IMG/VR virus record: IMGVR_UViG_3300036817_000261
Span: 1 to 64,000 of that record
Source: a virus
DNA: 64,000 nucleotides
Reading direction: 5' to 3' (one strand)
The notes under the pieces were generated by a model. The model saw nothing but the letters and a program-made list of their open reading frames with translations, made no database searches and was not told the DNA's origin. A program made the position numbers and the translations under genes. Within the stretch, counting starts at the first letter, position 1; every line of letters starts with the position of its first letter. Positions 19,307 to 27,542 of the stretch are shown piece by piece.

Positions 19307-20059
19307 TTACGCTGCCATGCTGTCAGTATCCCAGTACTCACTGGCCAAGCCGCCGGAGGCGCGGTCTGCTGCCTCGCGCTGGGCTTCCAAGGCCTTGGCC
19401 TTGGCGATGATATCGTCTAGCCGGTTGGCCGTCGCGACCACTTGCGCGGCCGCCTGGGCCACCCGGTTAGCCCTCCTTTCCTCGCCTGCCATATCCTCGC
19501 GAGCCACCTCGGCCAGCTTGGCCGATACGAAGGTGGGCACGTTGGTGCAGGCGATGTCAGCCGGTCGCGTGACCAAGGCCGGTGCCGCTGGGGCAACCGG
19601 CGCTTCGATCACGTTCGCCTTGGAGGGGCGCGAGAAGAACCCGAAAGCCGCCTCCTTGGGCTCGACCGTCGCCGTGAAGCTCACGCGCAGGCCTTTGCAG
19701 TTGTAGCCCAGGCTCGAGGGAATCGTGCCCCAGACCTTCCAGCCTGCGTCCGACTGGACCAGCATCTTGTGGCAGCCGCCGAAGTTGCTCTCTTGGTACT
19801 TGGTGGAAAGGACCGTGCCAGTGACTTCGACCCGGCCTTGCGGCATCGGGCTGGTGACGACCACTGCGGCGCGCTCGGCTTGGCGCTCGGCATACTGAGT
19901 CAGGGAGCGGCGGAGTGCTGCCTCCTGGCGCTCGGTCAGCGAGCCGTAGCGCTCGAAGCTCGCCGCTAAGGACGAGTAGAAATTGTCGGTGCGACCGCGC
20001 GCGGCCAGTTCAGCGATGACGCGAGTCAGTTCCTCTCTCAGGGCTTGTTGTGCTTGCAT
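19307..20059 (-). CDS. Hypothetical protein with OB-fold-like central domain
   Basis: GRVEVTGTVLSTK..KMLV..VWGT..VSFTATV..GFFSRP. Confidence 0.65.
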   Translation of the reverse strand: MQAQQALREELTRVIAELAARGRTDNFYSSLAASFERYGSLTERQEAALRRSLTQYAERQAERAAVVVTSPMPQGRVEVTGTVLSTKYQESNFGGCHKMLVQSDAGWKVWGTIPSSLGYNCKGLRVSFTATVEPKEAAFGFFSRPSKANVIEAPVAPAAPALVTRPADIACTNVPTFVSAKLAEVAREDMAGEERRANRVAQAAAQVVATANRLDDIIAKAKALEAQREAADRASGGLASEYWDTDSMAA

Positions 20060-20065
20060 GTAGAG

Positions 20066-20094
20066 ATCCTCCGCTATTCCACTTGATAAATCAA
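20066..20094 (-). promoter_or_regulatory. Leaderless promoter with TTGA-N4-TCAA palindrome
   Basis: TTGATT-N17-GAGGAT, 6 nt from ATG 20059. Confidence 0.55.
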
Positions 20095-20318
20095 GCGAAT
20101 AATCAAGCTAAGGCAAAGAAAAGGTGCTGGCCCGCCACGGGTCTAGAAGTCCCGCCCAGTCTTCAGGCGACGGACCAGCATTTTTGTGCGGAGCGCCCAG
20201 AGGATAAAGGAACTCTGTCGCCCCGCTGCGTGGGTTGTCCCTCTCGTTAGCCCCGTTTTGGCAGCTGCCAGCTAGGGGAGGGTCTGCGTCAGCACTCCAC
20301 GCTGATCTAGACGCAAAG

Positions 20319-20681
20319 TTATTTGCCGGGCAATTTAACCAGCCCGGCGCGGGGCGCATAGTCCGAATAGACTTGGACGTCGCCGGGAGGCGCGACAAAG
20401 GGTTGCTGACGGTTGGCGCTCCAGAAGACCCAGCCGATGCCGACAAGGATCGCTACAACGACCCAGCCGCGAACGCTGGCCGGGAGGCAGGCGAGCAGGC
20501 CAACGAAGAGGCCGATGACGAGCCCGGCAATCAGGACAGGATGGCTGTGGTGGTTAGGCGCTGGCAGGCGCACCGGATTAGCTTGAGGCACGGCGCGCTG
20601 CAAATCGGAATCTTGGATCTGGACGTATTCGTACCGACCTTTGCCGGTGGCGATGTCGCGGATGTAAGCGGTGGTATTCAT
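20319..20681 (-). CDS. Membrane protein with two TM helices
   Basis: Two hydrophobic segments. Confidence 0.6.
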   Translation of the reverse strand: MNTTAYIRDIATGKGRYEYVQIQDSDLQRAVPQANPVRLPAPNHHSHPVLIAGLVIGLFVGLLACLPASVRGWVVVAILVGIGWVFWSANRQQPFVAPPGDVQVYSDYAPRAGLVKLPGK

Positions 20682-20760
20682 TTTTCTTTTTGAAATGCAT
20701 TTACCGGGCACCCCCCCCGCTCGGAGGAGATGCCCGGCTCGCTGATGCAAGCAGCAAGTG

Positions 20761-21864
20761 TTAAGCGGCCAGGGCTAGGAGGCGTTGCCATTCGGGCTGC
20801 GCCAGCTCCACAACAGCCGCTCCGGCGCGTTCCAGCTCGGTAGCCCGGTCATAAGACTCGACCTTCTGCGAGAAGGCTGTAACGGCATTGTAGAGGCCGA
20901 AGCGGGTCAAATCGCCGCCTTCAATCAAGGCGCTCAAGACTCCCTTATTTTCGCCTTCGGTCAGGCCGATTTGTTTGCCGGTGAGGTTCACCAGTTTCAC
21001 CACGTCGACGTCGCTAATTTTTTCCTTGGCCGTGCCCTCGACTGTGTCAACCAGCTCGTTGAACCGGGCCGGATCGAATGCGTTAGTGACCACATCGCGG
21101 ACTTGGCTCATCAGGGCCGCGTTGGTCAGATTCTGGGTCTGAGCGGACAAGAGCGCCACCACATCCTCGCCCAGCAGATCATGCCGTGCGCCAACGTGAT
21201 ACTTCTTCATGGAGCGGGCCGCGAAGGTCGCCAGATTCGAGCAGAAGCTGTCATAGATCCCGGCTTGAATCGAGAGGGCACCGTGACCGACTTCGCTATT
21301 CGAGATCGTGATCGCGGGAGCCGCGATTCGCACAATCTTGTGCTGGCCATCGCCCATGAAGTTGCCGGTCTCAGCCAGCTTGCGGGAGACTGAGCGGTCC
21401 ACCACCTTGATGTACAGCTTTCGCTCGGTGACTTCACAGGACATGATGTCGAACCGACCGCCATCCAGAAGCAATGGCAACACGGTCTCGGCCAAATCCT
21501 CGTTCTCGATGGGGCGGAATTTGTCGGAGAGGAACGCGCGGGCTTTGCCGTCCAGGGTGCGCACCATGCGCTTCTGGCCGCTCGCTTTGCCCAGCCACGT
21601 ATTGACGTTAGTCGCCAAGAGTTCCGGGTTTTCGTAGCGCATCCGGTCGTAGTAAGCCGCCGGGATTTGCACGTACTGACCGATCTGGTCGTGGGTGATT
21701 TCGTTGATACCGAATTCCTCGTCACCGACTCGCAGGGTCGCGGTCTTGGTTTCGTTGAGGGCGAGCATGGTGAGCGCTTCGGCGCGGGCCACGTAATCGT
21801 GCTTGGCACCGGCTCTGCGTTGAATCTCTTCTGCTAACTGGACTAGGGTTCTACCTGATTTCAT
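20761..21864 (-). CDS. DUF932/DUF945-family protein
   Basis: ARAFLSDKFR..ISNSEVG.GAL..C.N..H.G..GLYNAVT signature. Confidence 0.85.
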   Translation of the reverse strand: MKSGRTLVQLAEEIQRRAGAKHDYVARAEALTMLALNETKTATLRVGDEEFGINEITHDQIGQYVQIPAAYYDRMRYENPELLATNVNTWLGKASGQKRMVRTLDGKARAFLSDKFRPIENEDLAETVLPLLLDGGRFDIMSCEVTERKLYIKVVDRSVSRKLAETGNFMGDGQHKIVRIAAPAITISNSEVGHGALSIQAGIYDSFCSNLATFAARSMKKYHVGARHDLLGEDVVALLSAQTQNLTNAALMSQVRDVVTNAFDPARFNELVDTVEGTAKEKISDVDVVKLVNLTGKQIGLTEGENKGVLSALIEGGDLTRFGLYNAVTAFSQKVESYDRATELERAGAAVVELAQPEWQRLLALAA

Positions 21865-21911
21865 TTGCTTGCTTGCTTTTCTTTTTTGGTTTCGCGGGGT
21901 TCTCCCGCTTG

Positions 21912-21958
21912 GCCGAGAGTCTCGGCTATTTATTTTGATATGTCAAATGCTTTTTCAA
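21912..21958 (-). promoter_or_regulatory. Early-type promoter
   Basis: TTGAAAAAGCAT-TTGACA-N17-GAGACT; closely matches the 24401-24441 promoter. Confidence 0.7.
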
Positions 21959-22228
21959 GAGGCGTGCTAAGTACCACTTGGATGGCTCCCATTCATTGAC
22001 CATGACGTAGCCATGCTGCATCATGGGATAATCCCTCGAGAATGTTGGCTGCTCTGATTTGCGGCGAGAGAGCACGTCAGTTTTGCCATAGATCACATTG
22101 AGCGTGTCGCTGACTTTGCGCGGCTTTAGATCGAGGCGCTCGGCGATTTCTTTGACACTGAGCCCTTTCTCAGTGTCAAGATAGCGCTCTACCACTAGGT
22201 CGATGATCTGCTGGGCCAGTGGCGTCAT
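21926..22228 (-). CDS. HTH DNA-binding protein
   Basis: GLSVKEIAERLDLKPRKVSDTL. Confidence 0.7.
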   Translation of the reverse strand: MTPLAQQIIDLVVERYLDTEKGLSVKEIAERLDLKPRKVSDTLNVIYGKTDVLSRRKSEQPTFSRDYPMMQHGYVMVNEWEPSKWYLARLLKKHLTYQNK

Positions 22229-22626
22229 AATCCTAAGCTGGCAAAGCGGGCGTTGATGGCGGCAGAGAGTTTGGTTTCGCGCCAGCCGCAACCCTCACAA
22301 ACGTAGGTTCTATTAAAGCCCAGGCCGCGAATGTGGACTTGGTCGCCGACCGACATGGAGCGCAGCCGGAGGGCCCGGTACTCGGGCTGGCTGATTAGCT
22401 CAGTGCCGTCGACGTGATTGCACTGGCGGAATACGACCTCTAAGGCCTCTTCGATGGTTTGGACCCGCTCCGGGCCGAAGCCATAGATGCGGTTAGGCAC
22501 GCTAAATTCGGAGTCACAATCAAAGGCCCGGTAATAGACGTGGGTGATTACCAGGGCTGGAAACGGAGTTGCTTGCATGGCTGGAAACCTCGGGCCTATT
22601 ACTTGAAAAGTCAAATGATATTTCAA
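22225..22626 (-). CDS. YodL-like domain protein
   Basis: LEVVF..N..RSMSVGD.V motif. Confidence 0.6.
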   Translation of the reverse strand: MKYHLTFQVIGPRFPAMQATPFPALVITHVYYRAFDCDSEFSVPNRIYGFGPERVQTIEEALEVVFRQCNHVDGTELISQPEYRALRLRSMSVGDQVHIRGLGFNRTYVCEGCGWRETKLSAAINARFASLGL

Positions 22627-22769
22627 GGCCGCATTAGGGAGGGAGGACCAAGCTGCTTATCTCGGATGATCACAGCTTTCACTCTGCCATTCTCATCGAA
22701 TTGGAATTCCACCTCATAGCCCCGCAAGGTGAACTCATTATAGATGCGTTCTGCGTCTGCCCGGTTCAT
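22623..22769 (-). CDS. Small hypothetical protein (48 aa, not in ORF track)
   Basis: MNRADAERIYNEF..; TTGA overlap with next gene. Confidence 0.5.
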   Translation of the reverse strand: MNRADAERIYNEFTLRGYEVEFQFDENGRVKAVIIRDKQLGPPSLMRP

Positions 22770-22845
22770 ATATAAAGGACAAGTCCCAGGCACATCAGGA
22801 AAAGGAGAATCGCGAACGCGAGACCTAGAAAAAGCAGGCTTTCTT

Positions 22846-22897
22846 TCATGTCATCAGGTGTCATAACGTCATGTCATCATTTGTAATCATGTCATCA
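22846..22897. repeat. Three direct 11-bp repeats TCATGTCATCA
   Basis: Copies at 22846, 22869 and 22887, intergenic. Confidence 0.85.
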
Positions 22898-23029
22898 AAA
22901 AGATGCCCTTTAAACGCACGAGGTTGGCGTCTGCCGCGCCGGACATGGGCTCCGCTATGTTGATATTCAACTTGCATAAAACGCCGCAAATCGCCAAATC
23001 GAGGGGTTCTCACGTTCTTTCGAAGTTAA

Positions 23030-23575
23030 TTACTTGTCAGCTGGTTTCTGATTAGCTGTCAGCTGTTGGAGTGCGGCCAGGAGCGGAATGACGCCTTTTA
23101 CGTCGATAGAGACGTCGCCACTATAATCAGTAAACTTGAACAGATTGTCATCATGCCACTTTCCTTTTGGCCCCGGCTTGATTCCCGTGATCTGAAAAAA
23201 CAGCTTGACCAAGTCGCCGCTGGCTTTGTTGCGTGCGTCTATTTTCTCTTTCTCTGCTTTCTTCTCAGCCTCTGCGCGTTCCTTTAGCGTCTGGATCTCG
23301 GCGTATGTGCCTTGGATATTGGTTGGGTCCAGGGTTCGCTCGAGATACCTCGCGCGCTCAGCTGGGTCGGCTGGAAGCAGCTCGGCTGGCACGTCTCGCT
23401 CATCGATGGCGCCGTGAACCTTATGGAGATAATCAGCAGCGGTCGCTTTGAGCTTCCGGCGCTTTAGATGGCTTTCTACGTACTCGACCTTGAAGCGAGC
23501 CAAGTACGTCTCTTTACTGTCTGTGTAAATGGTGACGGCGTAGACGGTGCCTGGATCTATCTGGGATGCTTGCAT
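23030..23575 (-). CDS. Hypothetical protein
   Basis: 181-aa ORF. Confidence 0.65.
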   Translation of the reverse strand: MQASQIDPGTVYAVTIYTDSKETYLARFKVEYVESHLKRRKLKATAADYLHKVHGAIDERDVPAELLPADPAERARYLERTLDPTNIQGTYAEIQTLKERAEAEKKAEKEKIDARNKASGDLVKLFFQITGIKPGPKGKWHDDNLFKFTDYSGDVSIDVKGVIPLLAALQQLTANQKPADK

Positions 23576-23577
23576 AT

Positions 23578-23742
23578 TTAATGTTGAAGCAAGAAGGTTT
23601 CGACCCGCTTTAGGTCATCTTTGATGTCATCAACGTGCTGATCGCAAAGACCGAAACGCTTGTTTTCGAAATCGTCTTTCAATTCCGAAGCTGTCGCGAT
23701 TATTGAGTCGATGTATTTGATGTAGTCTAAGTGTGCGCTCAT
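23578..23742 (-). CDS. Small hypothetical protein
   Basis: MSAHLDY..; tight operon packing. Confidence 0.5.
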   Translation of the reverse strand: MSAHLDYIKYIDSIIATASELKDDFENKRFGLCDQHVDDIKDDLKRVETFLLQH

Positions 23743-23746
23743 ATTC

Positions 23747-23956
23747 TTATTTGAAGTAGGAAGCTGTAGCGTCTTGGACCCAGGACAGGGTGTCGGCTGG
23801 GCCACTGGTCTCCACCTTATTAGAGAGGTTCCCGATTACGCGATAAATCCACTTGTGCGGGAAACCAGCGACCGGTTGCCAGTTGCGTTCGATTGTTAGG
23901 GTGAATCGCTCACCTTGCTTTAGGTAGGTCCCGTTAGGTTGTCTTTTGAGTTTCAT
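23747..23956 (-). CDS. Small hypothetical protein
   Basis: 69 aa; ATGA overlap. Confidence 0.55.
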   Translation of the reverse strand: MKLKRQPNGTYLKQGERFTLTIERNWQPVAGFPHKWIYRVIGNLSNKVETSGPADTLSWVQDATASYFK

Positions 23957-24174
23957 AAAGGGATGTAGGAATCGCCGACTTTGCGGGCGGCGGAGAGGAT
24001 ATCATCAAAGCCTTCTCTGGATGAGAAATAGCCATCGGCGAACTTCACGCAGAGGCCGTCATATCTAAAGCAGCGCACCACCTTAGCCGGGACCGGCTTT
24101 TTGAAAGGAGGATCGTTGACCAGAACGAAGTCACCGGGCCGCAAGGCCCGGTGCAATTGGTCGAGCATTTTCAT
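23953..24174 (-). CDS. Small SH3/KOW-like hypothetical protein
   Basis: LRPGDFVLV..AKVV..VKF.DG. Confidence 0.5.
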   Translation of the reverse strand: MKMLDQLHRALRPGDFVLVNDPPFKKPVPAKVVRCFRYDGLCVKFADGYFSSREGFDDILSAARKVGDSYIPL

Positions 24175-24393
24175 TTAGTCTTGAGTGCGGCAAGTGGAGT
24201 GTGTTGCGCCTGAAGGCAACACGTAGCGGATTCTGTTAGGCTCACCGGCATCGCTCCAGGTGCAGAGCATCGGAGAGATGATTCTGGAGGTGGCGCGCAG
24301 GCTGGGATGGCGGCTGCGGCAATAGATTTGCCAGTCGCGGATAGCGACTTGGCGAGCTTCGTGCTCTGGTTTGTAGATGTTATCTGCTTGCAT
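24175..24393 (-). CDS. Small hypothetical protein (leaderless)
   Basis: ATG lies 7 nt after the -10 element. Confidence 0.55.
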   Translation of the reverse strand: MQADNIYKPEHEARQVAIRDWQIYCRSRHPSLRATSRIISPMLCTWSDAGEPNRIRYVLPSGATHSTCRTQD

Positions 24394-24400
24394 GACTGAG

Positions 24401-24441
24401 AGTCTCGGTCATGCGTTTTGAATTGTCAAATGCTATTTCAA
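24401..24441 (-). promoter_or_regulatory. Early-type leaderless promoter
   Basis: TTGAAATAGCAT-TTGACA-N17-GAGACT-N7-ATG. Confidence 0.7.
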
Positions 24442-24644
24442 GGATTGAGCAGAATGGCGAACATGGCCACTTCGTTGACTTTGCCGAAGCGGTTAGCGTT
24501 GCCTACGATCTTCATCGCATCGGGGAAGGAATAGCGCCCGGCCTCGAGCACAGAACGGGTGTAGCCATTGGCATGCGACTTCCACCAAGCGCCGTGCTCC
24601 TCCGACCAAACTAGGAAAAGCGGGTCATCATTGGTGTTGCTCAT
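24438..24644 (-). CDS. Conserved small phage protein
   Basis: WSEEHGAWW..GYT..AGRY motif. Confidence 0.7.
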   Translation of the reverse strand: MSNTNDDPLFLVWSEEHGAWWKSHANGYTRSVLEAGRYSFPDAMKIVGNANRFGKVNEVAMFAILLNP

Positions 24645-24924
24645 CAATCACCGCTTTCGCCTTGGCTACCGCATCTTCCAGTACCTTGGCTTTTTCTAGC
24701 ACAAAGAATTCGTACATCCGGTGCTGGAAGAACTCATTGTAGTCGCCCAGGTGGGCTGGAGGTCCCGAGTGCATGAAGTTCACCGTGGTGGCAGCCAGGG
24801 CCTGGAGCACATCAAAGATCTGGGCACCCACGATCGGGGCCGAATAACAGCGCCGGATGGTTTTGGTAAGCTCGAGGGCCAGCTCAGCGATCTTTTCCTC
24901 GTGTTGAGTAGTGATTCCGCTCAT
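24628..24924 (-). CDS. Hypothetical protein
   Basis: 98-aa ORF in operon. Confidence 0.55.
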   Translation of the reverse strand: MSGITTQHEEKIAELALELTKTIRRCYSAPIVGAQIFDVLQALAATTVNFMHSGPPAHLGDYNEFFQHRMYEFFVLEKAKVLEDAVAKAKAVIDEQHQ

Positions 24925-24932
24925 TTTTGCGT

Positions 24933-24979
24933 CATAAGTGGTTGAAAAACAGGCAAAACTCCTTCCGAATTCTTAAGGA
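24933..24979 (+). repeat. Dispersed ~44-bp element, copy 2
   Basis: CATAAGTGGTTGAAAAACAGGCAAAACTCCTTCCGAATTCTTAAGGA. Confidence 0.85.
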
Positions 24980-24981
24980 AT

Positions 24982-25386
24982 TCACCATTTCTGTCCGAAA
25001 TAGACGCGCAAAACTTGGTCGATACAGAGATCTGGATTGATCCGGCGCTGCCAGTGATGTTCCCAGGTGATAGTGCCAGCGATGGCTGCAACACTGGTAG
25101 GGCAATCAACGACGCCTTCGAACCAGCCGACTACGAGGCCATAGCCGGTGATAGGATGCTCGCCATTGACGCTAGCGACCTTGAATTGTGGATAGACGAA
25201 CGGCTCCCTGATGAGCGCGCACTCGTCCACATAGATAGCAACGCGGACGCCGCGCAGTGCGCCGCCAAACATGAGCTGCTGGACAAGGTCACAATCTAGA
25301 AGGTTGTGAATGTAGCGCTGGTCGGCCCAGTTCACGATCAGTGGCACAAGCTCGCATTTAAAGGGATCGATCACGATGGCCCTCAC
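24982..25386 (-). CDS. DUF3846-like protein
   Basis: RAIVIDP..IYVDE..GYGLVVG. Confidence 0.65.
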   Translation of the reverse strand: MRAIVIDPFKCELVPLIVNWADQRYIHNLLDCDLVQQLMFGGALRGVRVAIYVDECALIREPFVYPQFKVASVNGEHPITGYGLVVGWFEGVVDCPTSVAAIAGTITWEHHWQRRINPDLCIDQVLRVYFGQKW

Positions 25387-25438
25387 CAACTTGACATCCG
25401 GCGGCGGAGCTGGTTCTCTTTTGTGGGTACAGGAAAGC

Positions 25439-26023
25439 ATGCCCGAACCTACTGACAACGACCCAGTTTTGCACGCACTAAATGCGGCCAAGGAGCGGCA
25501 GCGTGGAGTCATTGTTCCTATGCGCCTGCCTCCAGCCTCCACGTTGGCCCCAGATGCGCCAGCGCCTCACTTAGGTGATCTTATAGCGGAGATGGGCCCG
25601 CAACGCGTCCTAGACGCTCTCAAGGCCTGGGATATGCGCCTTGGCGGCAGGCCGATCAATGAGGTTGCGCACGAGTTCAATCTTTCGATTGAGGGAGCAA
25701 AGATCTTAATCAAGGAGGCGCATGAAGCAATCAAGGAAGACCTTAAAGAGTCGATTGAGCAAAACAGGAGCTTGGATCTGGCACGAATTGATGGGCTTTT
25801 ACAGACATGGTATCCCGCAGCCAAAGCGGGCGACGACAAAGCGGCGACGATTACCTTAAAATGTATTGAGCGCCGGGCCAAGCTCACCGGCACAGAGCCA
25901 GATGAGAGAGTGGACCGCACCCAGCCACGCAACGTGCTCGTATGGGTCCAGCAGCAGCTGCCCAGCATCAATAAGATTGTCGACAGCCTGCCGGTTGAAT
26001 TAGCGCCAGGAGCACCGTCATGA
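25439..26023 (+). CDS. Putative terminase small subunit (HTH)
   Basis: HTH plus LDLARIDGL..A..GD.KA...LK..ERRAKL.G pattern. Confidence 0.6.
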   Translation: MPEPTDNDPVLHALNAAKERQRGVIVPMRLPPASTLAPDAPAPHLGDLIAEMGPQRVLDALKAWDMRLGGRPINEVAHEFNLSIEGAKILIKEAHEAIKEDLKESIEQNRSLDLARIDGLLQTWYPAAKAGDDKAATITLKCIERRAKLTGTEPDERVDRTQPRNVLVWVQQQLPSINKIVDSLPVELAPGAPS

Positions 26024-26280
26024 TCACAACGGACACGAGCAAGCGCAGCAGCAACATCAAGCAAGTGAGTTATGATGCTGCTAATCAGGCTTTAGAGATC
26101 ACCTTCAAATCTGGTGGCCGATACCGGTTTCACAATGTGAGCCCGCTGGATCACCAGAAGTTTTTAGACAGCAAGAGTTTGGGCAAGCATTTTAACCAGG
26201 AGTACTGGGGCAATAAACGGCACCCATCCCAAAAGCTCGAGGCCACTGACAACGAGAAGAGCGGGCCGCCGCCTAAATGA
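26020..26280 (+). CDS. KTSC domain protein
   Basis: SSNI..VSYD....LEI.FKSG..Y....V......F....S.GK.FN. Confidence 0.9.
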   Translation: MITTDTSKRSSNIKQVSYDAANQALEITFKSGGRYRFHNVSPLDHQKFLDSKSLGKHFNQEYWGNKRHPSQKLEATDNEKSGPPPK

Positions 26281-26471
26281 GCCTGGGCGACATGAGATGC
26301 GACCGGTGCGGCGAGCTGGAAGGCGCGCTATTCCGAGTCAATCAAGAAACCCCGCTGGACCAGGGCGGCTGGTGGTGCGAGGCCTGTCTGCACGAGGCCG
26401 GGCAGGATCTGGACGAGGAGACTTTGCGGTTAGTCAATATTTTAAGACGAGGCAACCGGCGCGATGACTGA
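26277..26471 (+). CDS. Small zinc-finger protein
   Basis: CDRC..WCEAC. Confidence 0.6.
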   Translation: MSLGDMRCDRCGELEGALFRVNQETPLDQGGWWCEACLHEAGQDLDEETLRLVNILRRGNRRDD

Positions 26472-26691
26472 GCCAGAATATCGAAAAGCACTCGATGCGT
26501 GTATAGAAGACGCGCGGGGCTCTAATGAGCAATGGAACAGGCGTTTTGTGGATGCTTTAGCAGCCCACAAATTGAAGCTGGTGCCGATTATCGATAATGG
26601 GCCGCCGAGCAAGGAGTACTATCGACAAGCGCCGCGACCCTATTCAATCGGTCAACCGTTTTGGCCTCCCAGCTACATTGAGGAGCTATGA
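26464..26691 (+). CDS. Hypothetical protein
   Basis: Overlap-coupled ORF. Confidence 0.5.
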   Translation: MTEPEYRKALDACIEDARGSNEQWNRRFVDALAAHKLKLVPIIDNGPPSKEYYRQAPRPYSIGQPFWPPSYIEEL

Positions 26692-26915
26692 GTGAATTCG
26701 GCGAACACCTCGTAGATCATATCCAGGGCTTGGTTGACAGCCTCAATGATCTCAAAGCTGAGTGCCCGGACAAATACTTTCACACTCCGTACGAAACCCT
26801 GCACCTCCGGCTAGGAATGGCCTTAGAAAGCTACAAAAATGCCAGTAGAAGTCGACTTCCCCACCCGCTGCAAAAACCTCCGCAAACTGGTCAAGACGAT
26901 CGCAGCGGAGGTTAA
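26688..26915 (+). CDS. Hypothetical protein
   Basis: ATGA-coupled ORF. Confidence 0.5.
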   Translation: MSEFGEHLVDHIQGLVDSLNDLKAECPDKYFHTPYETLHLRLGMALESYKNASRSRLPHPLQKPPQTGQDDRSGG

Positions 26916-27090
26916 TGACACTCATGGTCACTCGGTCTTTGGTGAGGATGACGAAGGCAAGCCCGAGAGCAACTACGATGAGATGGCGGCTAATCTGACG
27001 ATTTGCTACCGGCACTTAGAAGACGCGGCGATGCGGTTAGGCAAAGCCATCCAGGCCTATGATGGGGGCAAGAGCGTCTATGACAGCTGA
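26839..27090 (+). CDS. Small helical-hairpin protein (possibly Acb2/Tad1-like)
   Basis: ANLTICYRHLEDAAMRLGKAIQAYDGG. Confidence 0.6.
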   Translation: MPVEVDFPTRCKNLRKLVKTIAAEVNDTHGHSVFGEDDEGKPESNYDEMAANLTICYRHLEDAAMRLGKAIQAYDGGKSVYDS

Positions 27091-27367
27091 AGAGTTCAGC
27101 CTGACACCAAGCCAGCGCGAGGATTTAACCCAGGTGATCATCCGGGTGATTCCGCCCGAGCTGCAAGATGACTGGAGCAAGCTTGGCGACTTTGAGCTTT
27201 TAATGACGGGGCTGATGGCCGCGTACGAAGATGGGCTGTCGCCGGAGCAGACGATGGAATGGCTCAGAGATCAACTAGGCATCAGCAGAGAAGCAGCGAT
27301 GTGCGCATTAGGCACATTGGCGGTGAACGCGATAGAGGTGCAGCAGAAGATGATTCAGCGAAATTAG
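27080..27367 (+). CDS. Hypothetical protein
   Basis: 95-aa ORF ending in IQRN. Confidence 0.55.
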   Translation: MTAEEFSLTPSQREDLTQVIIRVIPPELQDDWSKLGDFELLMTGLMAAYEDGLSPEQTMEWLRDQLGISREAAMCALGTLAVNAIEVQQKMIQRN

Positions 27368-27370
27368 AGG

Positions 27371-27535
27371 CGAGCCAGGGAGGATTCGAACCGCCATCTT
27401 AGGGCTTCCGCCCAACCATTTTAACCAGGGTTGCCGGTCGGAGGATTCGAGGCGTTTCATGATGTGATCAGCACCACTTGCCGCTCCGAGCTGCGCAGTC
27501 TCCCCCGTCTTGGCCACCACTTAAACTACTGGCTC
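27371..27535 (-). ncRNA. tRNA-like RNA (165 nt) with 93-nt D-loop insertion and no canonical anticodon loop
   Basis: 7-bp acceptor stem GAGCCAG/CTGGCTC; TA linker; D-stem GTTT/AAAT with AAGTGG; AGAT variable loop; T-arm GGCGG-TTCGAAT-CCTCC; own promoter. Confidence 0.75.
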
Positions 27536-27542
27536 GAGGAAG

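Noticed and set aside
21912-21926. N4-type virion RNA polymerase hairpin promoter
   Set aside because: No RNA polymerase motifs are recognisable in the visible giant protein, and a sigma70 -35 at correct spacing explains the site.
27308-27520. 70-aa minus-strand ORF
   Set aside because: Coincides with the structured RNA and has no protein-like features.
27371-27535. Canonical tRNA or tmRNA
   Set aside because: No U33-containing 7-nt anticodon loop in the canonical position, no G3-U70 pair, and too short for tmRNA with no tag ORF. Kept only as a tRNA-like RNA.
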